DNA of 60,222 bases, filler included, from Nitrospirae bacterium MYbin3 (GTDB lineage Bacteria > Nitrospirota > Thermodesulfovibrionia > Thermodesulfovibrionales > Dissulfurispiraceae): the NCBI GenBank assembly GCA_002753335.1. It is 4 parts of 4 records of this genome, joined end to end, with 100 filler letters (N's around TTAATTAATTAA, not from the genome) between each part and the next. Parts side by side here need not be neighbours in the genome. Positions count along the whole stretch, not along the records: positions 2,733 to 33,055 come from PEAD01000033.1; 3 more parts are not named here. One strand, given 5' to 3'. Both the position numbers and the translations under genes were made by a program. This document shows, piece after piece, positions 9,596 to 18,220 of the stretch (position 1 is its first letter; each line of letters begins with the position of its first letter). Below the pieces are notes generated by a model, which was not told the DNA's origin, made no database searches, and saw only the letters and a program-made list of their open reading frames with translations.

Positions 9596-9874
9596 CTATG
9601 CGTCAACTGATATATCAATCGCAAATACCAGAACGCAATTGCCGAAATGTTTATGACTTATAACAGTTTTTTTATACCCTTTCCATTTCTTGCGAAGAAT
9701 TCGACTTGTGTCTCCTTTTTTAGGGTATCCAAGCAACAGATGGATTTCAGTATATTCTCTATTATGCAACCTAAGTCCCCAATAATCATTACAAGTACGA
9801 TATTCTTCTGTTTTGCTACCATTACGAATAGCTTCCCAATATTCACGTTTTAGGTGAAGAATAAGTGGTTTCAT
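9596..9874 (-). CDS. Small ASCH/PUA-like protein
   Basis: LHLKREYWEAIRNGSKTEEYR matches the GxKxxExR motif; GAGG RBS. Confidence 0.75.
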   Translation of the reverse strand: MKPLILHLKREYWEAIRNGSKTEEYRTCNDYWGLRLHNREYTEIHLLLGYPKKGDTSRILRKKWKGYKKTVISHKHFGNCVLVFAIDISVDA

Positions 9875-10321
9875 AATTTATCAACCTCGATGATTCCATA
9901 TGGTGTACCGATAGTCTGCGACATAACTTCATGATCGAAAAATCCTGTTAGTTTCTTCATGATATATATTACTTTCAGGAGTTATTTAAAACGACAGCGA
10001 AATGAGTTGAGTACTTTTTATTACGACAAATCCGTATTCTCCTTTATATAGGCTCTGTTATCAATATAAAACCTACTTTTAGCATACCACTGCTTTCAGT
10101 TTAAACTCAGCCTACGTAAATCTCTTTGCGGCAAGTCGTGGGGGCATAAGAAAGCGTGGACAAGTATGCTCAAAGATTTATTACAACAAATTTGAGCCCA
10201 TTTCTAGTAGGGGCCATTCGTACTAGCCTTGGCGTACTGTTGCCGAAGCCTGATTGAACCGCGCTCTAACCCTTCGTTGTCAATGAAGTTCGTATATATA
10301 TCATATTATGGAGGAACGAAA

Positions 10322-10549
10322 ATGGAACGATATGCAAATCGTGGAGGTGACTCTTCAGTAGAAGGTTATGAAATTGAACATGACTCAATAACTGTACAAT
10401 TTCGAGACGGCTGGAAATATCTCTATACCTATCAAAGCACTGGGGCCGAGGATATTGAGCGAATGAAGTTATTGGCAATCTCAGGTCATGGATTAAATAG
10501 TTTTATCACTCGTGTCATAAGGAAAAGATTCGCTTCAAAGTTTCGCTGA
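10322..10549 (+). CDS. Small KTSC-like protein (75 aa)
   Basis: GGAGG RBS then MERYANRGGDSSVEGYEIEHDSITVQFRDGWKYLYTY...GHGLNSFI. Confidence 0.65.
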   Translation: MERYANRGGDSSVEGYEIEHDSITVQFRDGWKYLYTYQSTGAEDIERMKLLAISGHGLNSFITRVIRKRFASKFR

Positions 10550-10831
10550 TAGATTTTTGAGGCCGACTTAACCAGACGCAAAGACAAACGTGGACAAAAT
10601 TCGCCTATTAGAGATCTTCAACTAAGGAAGGACACTAACGACCACATGAACAGGCTATGAAAAGGAGTATTTTCGGATGTTTCATAGTACCCTCTCAGAA
10701 TATCTGGATTATAAACATTGGGACAAGCAGCCAAGCCGCTTAGCGCCGCGATTAATTAATATGGCGCATCCGACTTCTTAGTGGGTCTATACAATACATA
10801 CCGGATACGCCTAAATAATATAGAAAGCTAA

Positions 10832-11464
10832 ATGGGAGCGATGCCAACATCAGACATGCCAGGCCATGTAAAATTGCACGATCGAGTTTATAACGCCTTA
10901 GACCATTGTCAAGAATCGAGAAGTGTCGATTTTAAAGCCTCATCATCATGGGATGATTTGAAATTGAAGATCGTTCGAACCGTTATCGGAATGGGCAATC
11001 TACGCGATGGCGGCATTATTATAATAGGGGCATCAGAGAATGGGGATTCATGGGACTTGACTGGGATAACAAACAACCACCTCAGCACATATGATGTCGA
11101 TGATATTATTGACTCGGTAAATAAGTATGCTTCGCCTCCAATAAAGATAGACATAGTATTAGTTAAATATAGGAATGACGAAAAGTTTCTTGCCTTTCAA
11201 GTTCATGAATTTAGCAATACCCCGTTTGTTTGTAAGAAAAATACGCCTGATGGCAACAAAATACTTTGTGCGGGTGAATTTTATGTAAGACCGGCAGGGA
11301 AGCCCAGAACTATTAAGGTGTCATCCGCAGAAGATATGCATGACCTTCTCGAACTTGCTGCAGAAAAGCGCGCGCGTAGGATTCTTGAAGTTGCTCATCG
11401 AATTGGTCTCAAACCTACAGAAACAGCAAGCCAACGATTTGATGAAGAACTGGGAGGGTTATGA
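10832..11464 (+). CDS. Schlafen/AlbA_2 domain protein
   Basis: ESRSVDFK...GMGNLRDGGIIIIG...FYVR motifs. Confidence 0.85.
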   Translation: MGAMPTSDMPGHVKLHDRVYNALDHCQESRSVDFKASSSWDDLKLKIVRTVIGMGNLRDGGIIIIGASENGDSWDLTGITNNHLSTYDVDDIIDSVNKYASPPIKIDIVLVKYRNDEKFLAFQVHEFSNTPFVCKKNTPDGNKILCAGEFYVRPAGKPRTIKVSSAEDMHDLLELAAEKRARRILEVAHRIGLKPTETASQRFDEELGGL

Positions 11465-12201
11465 AAGAAAAAATCGAACTACCTGTGCCAGTTCTCGATA
11501 ATCCGCATTGGCGCGTCAATTTTCGCCTTGCGGAATATAAAGAACAATTAGTCCCATCTCTTGGAAATTGTTTTGAAATTATAGAAAAAAATAAGTTGAG
11601 TTTGCGGGGATGGGATTATCCACATCTTAGCAGACGTGACGCAGATCGGGGTTACGGCAAAAATTGGATTGCCTCTTGGTCAGATTTCTTGGGTCACTAT
11701 GAATATTGGCGCTTCTATCAAAGTGGTCAATTTCTACATTTGTTTAGTGTTAGAGAAGCAACGGAAACAGAATGGAGAAAAAAGCTCGAAGCTGAAATGA
11801 GGTCTCATCTTTCATCTATGAGTGATATAGATTGGGAAACCGTACCTGGCTTCATCTCCATAGTGAACTTTACTTATAACGTAACTGAGATTTATGAGTT
11901 TGCGGCTCGGTTATGTCAATCTCAAGTTTATCAGGGACCCATAAATATCAAAATTGAACTTAGGGGGATAAAAGGGTTTGTTCTCTCTGCGCCGTGGAAA
12001 AGAGCATGGTATAGTTATTATGCTGCAAGTGAAGATATCCTCGAAAGAACAGCCGATTATGAAAGCGACGACCTTGTAGCCTCCAGCAAAGAAGCGGCCT
12101 TAGAATCAATCGTTTGGTTTTTTGAAAGGTTCGGATGGCTTAATCCTACGCCAAGTGTAATATCAAATGATCAAGAGAACTTAATAAAGGGACGATACTA
12201 A
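11461..12201 (+). CDS. Hypothetical partner of the AlbA_2 protein
   Basis: Translationally coupled (ATGA overlap); LRGWDYPH...WRFYQSGQF. Confidence 0.7.
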   Translation: MKEKIELPVPVLDNPHWRVNFRLAEYKEQLVPSLGNCFEIIEKNKLSLRGWDYPHLSRRDADRGYGKNWIASWSDFLGHYEYWRFYQSGQFLHLFSVREATETEWRKKLEAEMRSHLSSMSDIDWETVPGFISIVNFTYNVTEIYEFAARLCQSQVYQGPINIKIELRGIKGFVLSAPWKRAWYSYYAASEDILERTADYESDDLVASSKEAALESIVWFFERFGWLNPTPSVISNDQENLIKGRY

Positions 12202-12238
12202 ACACTAACATGTGAATACGTAGCAATCATAATTGGTT

Positions 12239-12273
12239 TGACACTTTGTCACACTATAGATGACAAGGTGTCA
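12239..12273. promoter_or_regulatory. Tandem palindromic upstream activator sites TGACA-N3-TGTCA
   Basis: TGACACTTTGTCA (12239-12251) and TGACAAGGTGTCA (12261-12273), centres 22 bp apart, about 80-115 bp upstream of the predicted sigma54 start. Confidence 0.65.
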
Positions 12274-12326
12274 TATAATTTAGTCAGTTAATCACTATTT
12301 CCATGTATTTTCCCCTTCAAGACATA

Positions 12327-12342
12327 GGGTACAACAATTGCA
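12327..12342 (+). promoter_or_regulatory. sigma54 (-24/-12) promoter
   Basis: GGGTACAACAATTGCA has exact GG-N10-GC spacing and is close to TGGCAC-N5-TTGCW. Confidence 0.7.
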
Positions 12343-12421
12343 AAGCTGTTTATTAAGAGGCTGCCTGGCTTTATGGTATTATATGCCTCTTAACTAAATA
12401 GCCGTTTCTTGTGGGGGAAGA

Positions 12422-14302
12422 ATGGGGTATATTAGTCGCTGTTTGGCTTGTGCAGTGTTTTTTCTGGCGTTTGCATTTCCGACTTCAATCGTAATTTCCG
12501 GAGAGATGTCTGAGCAGGAAAAGAAGCTTCTGAAGCTGTATTTCAGCGAAGACGAACTTGTTGAATCCACTACCCGTAGTCTCAAACTGGCAACACAGGC
12601 CGCAGAAAACATAATCGTCATAACGTCCGAAGACATAGAGCGCACAAACGCCAAGACCCTCGCAGATATAATGAACAGCATAACTGGCGTACAGGTTTTC
12701 ATGACCGGATGGGGCGCAAGCTCTTCAGCTCTTTATATACAAGGCTCTGAACAGAGGCATGTGGCAGCTTACCTTGACGGAGTTCTCCTGAATACTGTGG
12801 GCAGCAATGCTGTTGAAGCTGGCAGTATACCCGCTCAGATGATAGATAAGATAGAGATAATCAAAGGCCCGGCATCTTCATCATGGGGATCTTCTTTAGG
12901 CGGAGTTATAAATATCTTCACCAAAACCGGAGTATCCTTCGGAAAAGCCAATGGCACGCTAATTGCAAATCAGGGAGAGAAGGGCACGGGCGACTATAGG
13001 TCCGAAATTTACGGAGAACTCGGCAACTTCAACTACTATATGACGGGCGGTAAGATGATAAGCGACGGATTGACACCAAATAGCGGTAATGACGGCAGAA
13101 ACTTCTACGGCAAGTTCGGTATGAAGTTCTCACGAGACATGAAGCTTTCTTTTACTTCGTTGTATGCAGATGCCGACCGTATGGGCGGGGAAAGCGAGCA
13201 GATGAATATACGCATGGAAAACCCTTTCAAAAAATCCCTTCAAACAGCTTCTTTGGATATTAGACCTGCCAAAGAAATCAAGATTAATGCCTCAGTAAGA
13301 ATGTCCAATTTTTATGTCAGGTCTATAACCAGAAGAAGGAGTACAGGAGTCGACATCCAAAACTTGTCATCAAAAGATTCAGGGTATGGAGCTAGCTTAA
13401 AGGCATCTTATCAAAGCGGAATGCACAATGCAGTCCTAGGCACAGACTTAGACGCAAGATTATATGAAGACGCAAATATAGACAGTGGATTAAAGAAGCA
13501 GAAAAGATGGTCAGCTTTTTTGAATGATACTGTATCTTATGGCGACATTGCGGTTACCCCTGGATTAAGGTATGACCATGTCGGAACTGCCAATCCATAT
13601 GTTTCTTCAAGTCTTGGTATAGCCTATAAAGCCTCGCCTTCTACAGTATTAAGAGGGTATATGTCAAAAGGTTTCAGCACTCCACCTATGAGCTACACTT
13701 TTGCTCGCACAACTGTCTTCGTCCCTAACAAAGATCTCAAAAACGAACAGGTGACGTCTTATCAGGTTGGTGTTGAGACTATAGCTCCCAAATACTTCTG
13801 GCTCAAGCTTTCGGGCTTCAGGCACGACATAAAAGAGTCTATAACTACAGAGCAGGTACAGACGACCAAGTTTACTTACGCGAACAAGGAAAGACGCAGA
13901 AGAGAGGGTGTTGAGGCCGAGATTAAAACCCTTCCGGTCTTTGACACAGCATTGATATTCGGCGGCACGTTTATGGACAACCAGAATCTCGAAACACGCA
14001 AGGTGCAGAAAAATATTCCGCGCTATACATATGACGCGGCCCTCAAATACGACGATAAGAAGTCTATGAACGCCATGCTCAGGGGGCATTACATATGGTG
14101 GGAGGCGGATGCTGCGACCGGAGGACAGTACAACGACACGATATTCGATTTCATAGCCCACAAAACCATATACAAACAGAAGGATTCCAAGATTGAAGCT
14201 TATGGTTCGGTGAACAACCTTCTTAACGGTAAGCAGTGTGGTGTCGGATACTACCCCAATCCGAAACGATGGGTTGAGGTGGGGATGAAGTATTTTTTTT
14301 AG
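12422..14302 (+). CDS. TonB-dependent outer-membrane receptor
   Basis: Signal peptide, plug domain (IDKIEIIKGPASSSWG...GGVINI), beta-barrel, C-terminal Phe. Confidence 0.93.
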   Translation: MGYISRCLACAVFFLAFAFPTSIVISGEMSEQEKKLLKLYFSEDELVESTTRSLKLATQAAENIIVITSEDIERTNAKTLADIMNSITGVQVFMTGWGASSSALYIQGSEQRHVAAYLDGVLLNTVGSNAVEAGSIPAQMIDKIEIIKGPASSSWGSSLGGVINIFTKTGVSFGKANGTLIANQGEKGTGDYRSEIYGELGNFNYYMTGGKMISDGLTPNSGNDGRNFYGKFGMKFSRDMKLSFTSLYADADRMGGESEQMNIRMENPFKKSLQTASLDIRPAKEIKINASVRMSNFYVRSITRRRSTGVDIQNLSSKDSGYGASLKASYQSGMHNAVLGTDLDARLYEDANIDSGLKKQKRWSAFLNDTVSYGDIAVTPGLRYDHVGTANPYVSSSLGIAYKASPSTVLRGYMSKGFSTPPMSYTFARTTVFVPNKDLKNEQVTSYQVGVETIAPKYFWLKLSGFRHDIKESITTEQVQTTKFTYANKERRRREGVEAEIKTLPVFDTALIFGGTFMDNQNLETRKVQKNIPRYTYDAALKYDDKKSMNAMLRGHYIWWEADAATGGQYNDTIFDFIAHKTIYKQKDSKIEAYGSVNNLLNGKQCGVGYYPNPKRWVEVGMKYFF

Positions 14303-14354
14303 GCCGCGGCGCGTCTTCCGTCAAGGAGGGCATTTCAATAAATGGAGGTGCTGA

Positions 14355-14438
14355 ATGGAAATAGTAAGCACAGGCATAGGAGAGAAGGATATAGAATTTT
14401 GCTGTCCCAGCGCAGACATTATATTTCTTATCTGGTAG
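14355..14438 (+). CDS. 27-aa RiPP precursor peptide MEIVSTGIGEKDIEFCCPSADIIFLIW (geopeptide-like)
   Basis: Not in the ORF track. GGAGG RBS at 14344, acidic leader, Cys-Cys core; directly upstream of the rSAM/SPASM gene. Confidence 0.8.
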   Translation: MEIVSTGIGEKDIEFCCPSADIIFLIW

Positions 14439-14457
14439 GGGCAGACTAGTATCAACC

Positions 14458-14484
14458 GAGGGTTCGGGCTAGCACGAACCCCTC
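14458..14484 (+). terminator. Stem-loop between precursor and maturase (stability/attenuation hairpin)
   Basis: GAGGGTTCG-ggctagca-CGAACCCCTC inverted repeat without a U-tract. Confidence 0.55.
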
Positions 14485-14495
14485 AAATAAGGTTA

Positions 14496-15803
14496 TTGGT
14501 AAAAACAATGATTTCAAACTACTGCACAGTAATGGAGCATAAAGAGCGGCCTGACAAGAGCATACTCTTTTCTGCAAAGAGGGCATCTACTGTCATAATG
14601 CCTACCGACATGGCCAGATCTATAACAGAAGGAATTGTGCCTGATGAAAACCGGCAGGCTCTTTATGACTTGAGAATGATCACCGACAGCCCCGAAGACG
14701 AAAAGAGAGAGATGAGGGGATTTATCGAGCGATTCAATACATCAAGCGACAAATGGGGTGCGCTTCTTGTGCTTACGCTTGATTGCAATCTGGCCTGCAA
14801 ATACTGTTTTGAGGACTATGGTGGGTCGCAAAAGGGTGATTTTTACATGACAAAAGAAATAGCCGAAAGGTTCATCTTCTTTGCGGTCGAAAAATCCAGA
14901 CACAAAAAACAGATAAGCGTGACCTTCTACGGAGGGGAGCCTCTTCTCTGTATGGATATAATAGAGTATGTTTCCAAATACATAAGACTTTATGCAGACT
15001 CAAACGGCAAGATATGTTCTTTTTCTGTAATAACTAACGGTTCCTTGCTTACCGAAAAGAATGTTGGCAAGCTAGTGTCTTTCGGGGTCAAGTCAGCCAA
15101 GGTCACACTTGATGGCCCGGCATTGACGCACAACCATTACCGTCCTTTCAGAAACGGAGGGGGTTCATTCGATTCAATTATTAGAGGCATCAAGCATGCT
15201 TGTAATTTTATGCAGATACAGATAGGCGGCAACTACACCGAATCAAGCTGGCGGCAGTTTCCTGAACTGCTTGATTACATGATCGGAGAAGGCCTTACCG
15301 GAGACAAAGTTGCTGTTCGGTTCAGTCCAGTACTGGGCAAGGGCATGACCTCTATGCTTTCGGATTTCAATGAGGGCTGCCTGACCGCAAACGAGGAATG
15401 GGCGATAGAGGCAGGCATATCCTTGAGGGAAGAGGTTTTGAAGAGGGGGTACAGGATGAGGCCTGTCCGCCCGTCGCTTTGCGTTATAGAATCGGACGAT
15501 GCCTTTACGGTCAACTATAACGGAGACCTGTACAAATGTCCGGGCATGCTCGGCATAGAAGGTTTTTCGATAGGGACATTGACTTCAGATGTTCACGACT
15601 ATAGGCAGATATATGATATGGAAAACTGGAAGAACGAGGAATGTCTCTCATGCTCATATCTGCCTCTATGCTTTGGAGGATGCAGGTATGCAGGATATCT
15701 GAGAAGCGGCAAGATGTCTGGTGTAGATTGCAGGAAGGGTTACTACGACAAAGCACTGGTTGAGCTTGTCAATCAGGATATAAAATACAAGCTGCATATA
15801 TAA
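14496..15803 (+). CDS. Radical SAM/SPASM peptide maturase (geopeptide-maturase-like)
   Basis: CNLACKYC, FYGGEPLL, SPASM C...GDLYKC...CLSCSYLPLCFGGC...C. Start may be ATG at 14508. Confidence 0.9.
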   Translation: MVKTMISNYCTVMEHKERPDKSILFSAKRASTVIMPTDMARSITEGIVPDENRQALYDLRMITDSPEDEKREMRGFIERFNTSSDKWGALLVLTLDCNLACKYCFEDYGGSQKGDFYMTKEIAERFIFFAVEKSRHKKQISVTFYGGEPLLCMDIIEYVSKYIRLYADSNGKICSFSVITNGSLLTEKNVGKLVSFGVKSAKVTLDGPALTHNHYRPFRNGGGSFDSIIRGIKHACNFMQIQIGGNYTESSWRQFPELLDYMIGEGLTGDKVAVRFSPVLGKGMTSMLSDFNEGCLTANEEWAIEAGISLREEVLKRGYRMRPVRPSLCVIESDDAFTVNYNGDLYKCPGMLGIEGFSIGTLTSDVHDYRQIYDMENWKNEECLSCSYLPLCFGGCRYAGYLRSGKMSGVDCRKGYYDKALVELVNQDIKYKLHI

Positions 15804-15816
15804 CAAATAATCCCAG

Positions 15817-16722
15817 ATGAGTTCAATACTAACAAACATACTATCTGCATTGGCGCTTCTGCCTGTACTCATGCATGTAACGGTCTTGCATGCTCAGTCC
15901 TGCGACGTGGTCGCGGTGAGAAGCTTCAACTCCACACCTTACACTAACGCTATAAAGGGTTTTGAGGCATCATCTAAATGTTCGGTTTCGATAATAGATT
16001 CCGATGCCGGAAGGGCGACCATCCTGAGAGAGGTAAGGGAGAAAGAGCCCGATGCGGTATTAGCCGTCGGACAGGACGCGCTTAAAATAGTTCAATCAAT
16101 TACAGACATTCCGGTTTTTTTTACGATGGTTGTCGTATCGGAACTGCAGGCATCACGATTTCCGTCCAATTTTCATGGTCTGAGCATGGAGCCCAATCCT
16201 GAAAGCCACGCCAAGACACTTTCTGAGCTGTTTCAGAAGGGGTCTATGGTAGGAATCCTTTATGACCCGCAGCACTTGAAAGAATTTGTTGTAGAAGTAA
16301 AAGGTTATCTTGAAGACAGAGGGATGAAAACGACATTCAAGGAAGTTACGAACGCAACGTCTGTAGCATCGGCAATAGAGTCTCTTAAAGATAGGATAGA
16401 TGTGCTTTGGATGCCGGCCGATACGACAATAGCAAACGAAGAGACCATGAGGGCGGCAATGCTTTTCTCGATCAAAAACCGCATTCCTGTATATACCTTT
16501 TCAAGGAAATATGTAGAAAAAGGGGCCTTTGCCGCACTTCAGACCGCGCCATACGACTTAGGGTTGCAGCTTGGTGAAGCTGCCGCTAAAGTTATAAAAG
16601 GAAAGACACTTTCAAGGCGGTTTGATTATCCGGTCAAACACACACTTTTGCTGAACAGGAAGATGGCCAAGCGGTTTGGGATTGATCTGAATATGACCAG
16701 AAAGACGGCATTTGTGGAATGA
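15817..16722 (+). CDS. Periplasmic ABC-type substrate-binding-like protein
   Basis: Signal peptide; VLAVGQDA, GILYDP, DVLWMPAD, IPVYTFS...VEKGA motifs. Confidence 0.85.
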   Translation: MSSILTNILSALALLPVLMHVTVLHAQSCDVVAVRSFNSTPYTNAIKGFEASSKCSVSIIDSDAGRATILREVREKEPDAVLAVGQDALKIVQSITDIPVFFTMVVVSELQASRFPSNFHGLSMEPNPESHAKTLSELFQKGSMVGILYDPQHLKEFVVEVKGYLEDRGMKTTFKEVTNATSVASAIESLKDRIDVLWMPADTTIANEETMRAAMLFSIKNRIPVYTFSRKYVEKGAFAALQTAPYDLGLQLGEAAAKVIKGKTLSRRFDYPVKHTLLLNRKMAKRFGIDLNMTRKTAFVE

Positions 16723-18215
16723 CCGGAATAATTAATAGACTTAAAGCTCAATACAATAACAGCCTGAGTGTGAGGCTGATAATTCTTTTTGTAGGTGTTT
16801 CTCTGTCAGTCGTTGTGGTTTTCACCGGGATGCTTATATACCACCAGAAGAATGAGGCAAAAAGAGAGCTTATAGGACTCGGGAGACTTCTTGCTTCGGT
16901 CACCGCATCGGAACTCAAGGTGCCGGTATTTACAGGAAACAAGCAGGAGACGGCCGCGGTTATATCTAAGATACTCACACGCAAAGACGTAGTCTCTGCA
17001 ACGCTTTATGACTCTTCACTGAATATACTCTATAATCATGGAGTAGCGGAAAAGCCCGGGAAGATTAAAGGTTTGGACAAACTCCATGTAGATGATATAG
17101 CTGTTCATGAAAATACCTTTGACCTTTCTTTCTTGTCTCCAATAACGGTTGAGTCTTCTGTATCAGATGAAGGTATCTATTTTGAATCTAAAGATGCGCG
17201 CAAAAAGCATTTGACGATTGGATACTTGAGGATAGTGTTAAGCCGCAATGCAGAGTTCGATGAAATACATTCGGTGCTTGCCGCCAATGCAGCAATTGCG
17301 TTCACTCTTTCTCTGCTCGTCTCTGCGGTTATATTCTTTGCCGTACGCAAATCCCTTTCTGCTCTTTCGGACCTTTCGGGGGCCATGACATCACTTGGCA
17401 AAGGTGATGAGATAAAAACCGTGCCGGTCCACTCCGGAGATGAGATAGGAAGGATAGCGACAGCGTTCAACAAAATGGTTGGTGACAGGGTCAGGCTTGA
17501 AGAACAGTTGATATTGGTCAAAAAGCTCGAAACCGTTGCGGGCTTTGCAAAAGGAATAGCCCATGACTTCAATAATCAGCTAAGCACCATACGCGGGTTT
17601 GTATACATCCTTGAACAGTCAGTGCCTCAGGGCAATAAGGCTCACACCTACACCGAATATTTAAAAGATACTCTTACAAAGATGGAGCAGCATGTTCAGT
17701 CTCTGCTTGATTTCAGCAAGAATCAGGAGCTGCATATGCAAAAGACGGAACTCGGTGAGTATCTGTCCTACCTTGCCCCTGCTGCCAAACAGGCTGTAGG
17801 GGCGCATATTAAGTTCAGATATGAAGCTCCCCGTGAATCTCTGTATGCATCGATAGACAGAGTTCATATGGAAAGGGTGTTGAACAATCTTGTGCTTAAC
17901 GCCAGGGACGCCATGCCTGACGGCGGTGAGCTTATAATAAAAGCAGATATTTATAATCCGGACCTAAGGCAAAACGGGAACAGTCGGCCGGTACGCATAT
18001 CGGTATCAGATACCGGAATCGGTATGGACGAAGAAACAAAAGAAAGAATGTTTGAGCCCTTCTTTACCACAAAGGATGAGGGCAAGGGGACGGGCCTTGG
18101 TCTGTCAATAGTGTATGGGATAATAGAGCAGCACAAAGGAATCATAGATGTTGATACGTCGCCCGGCAAGGGAACCAGGTTCAACATCTATCTGCCGGCT
18201 GCAGGGGAGGACTAA
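16719..18215 (+). CDS. Membrane sensor histidine kinase (periplasmic domain, HAMP, HisKA, HATPase)
   Basis: Two TM helices, DEIG HAMP, AHDFNNQL H-box, NARDAM, DTGIGM, PFFTTK, GTGLGL. Confidence 0.95.
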   Translation: MTGIINRLKAQYNNSLSVRLIILFVGVSLSVVVVFTGMLIYHQKNEAKRELIGLGRLLASVTASELKVPVFTGNKQETAAVISKILTRKDVVSATLYDSSLNILYNHGVAEKPGKIKGLDKLHVDDIAVHENTFDLSFLSPITVESSVSDEGIYFESKDARKKHLTIGYLRIVLSRNAEFDEIHSVLAANAAIAFTLSLLVSAVIFFAVRKSLSALSDLSGAMTSLGKGDEIKTVPVHSGDEIGRIATAFNKMVGDRVRLEEQLILVKKLETVAGFAKGIAHDFNNQLSTIRGFVYILEQSVPQGNKAHTYTEYLKDTLTKMEQHVQSLLDFSKNQELHMQKTELGEYLSYLAPAAKQAVGAHIKFRYEAPRESLYASIDRVHMERVLNNLVLNARDAMPDGGELIIKADIYNPDLRQNGNSRPVRISVSDTGIGMDEETKERMFEPFFTTKDEGKGTGLGLSIVYGIIEQHKGIIDVDTSPGKGTRFNIYLPAAGED

Positions 18216-18220
18216 AGGAT

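Noticed and set aside
10263..10282. CTCTAACCCTTCGTTG as an attC or attI remnant
   Set aside because: Too short and lacks a matching arm; cannot be told from chance.
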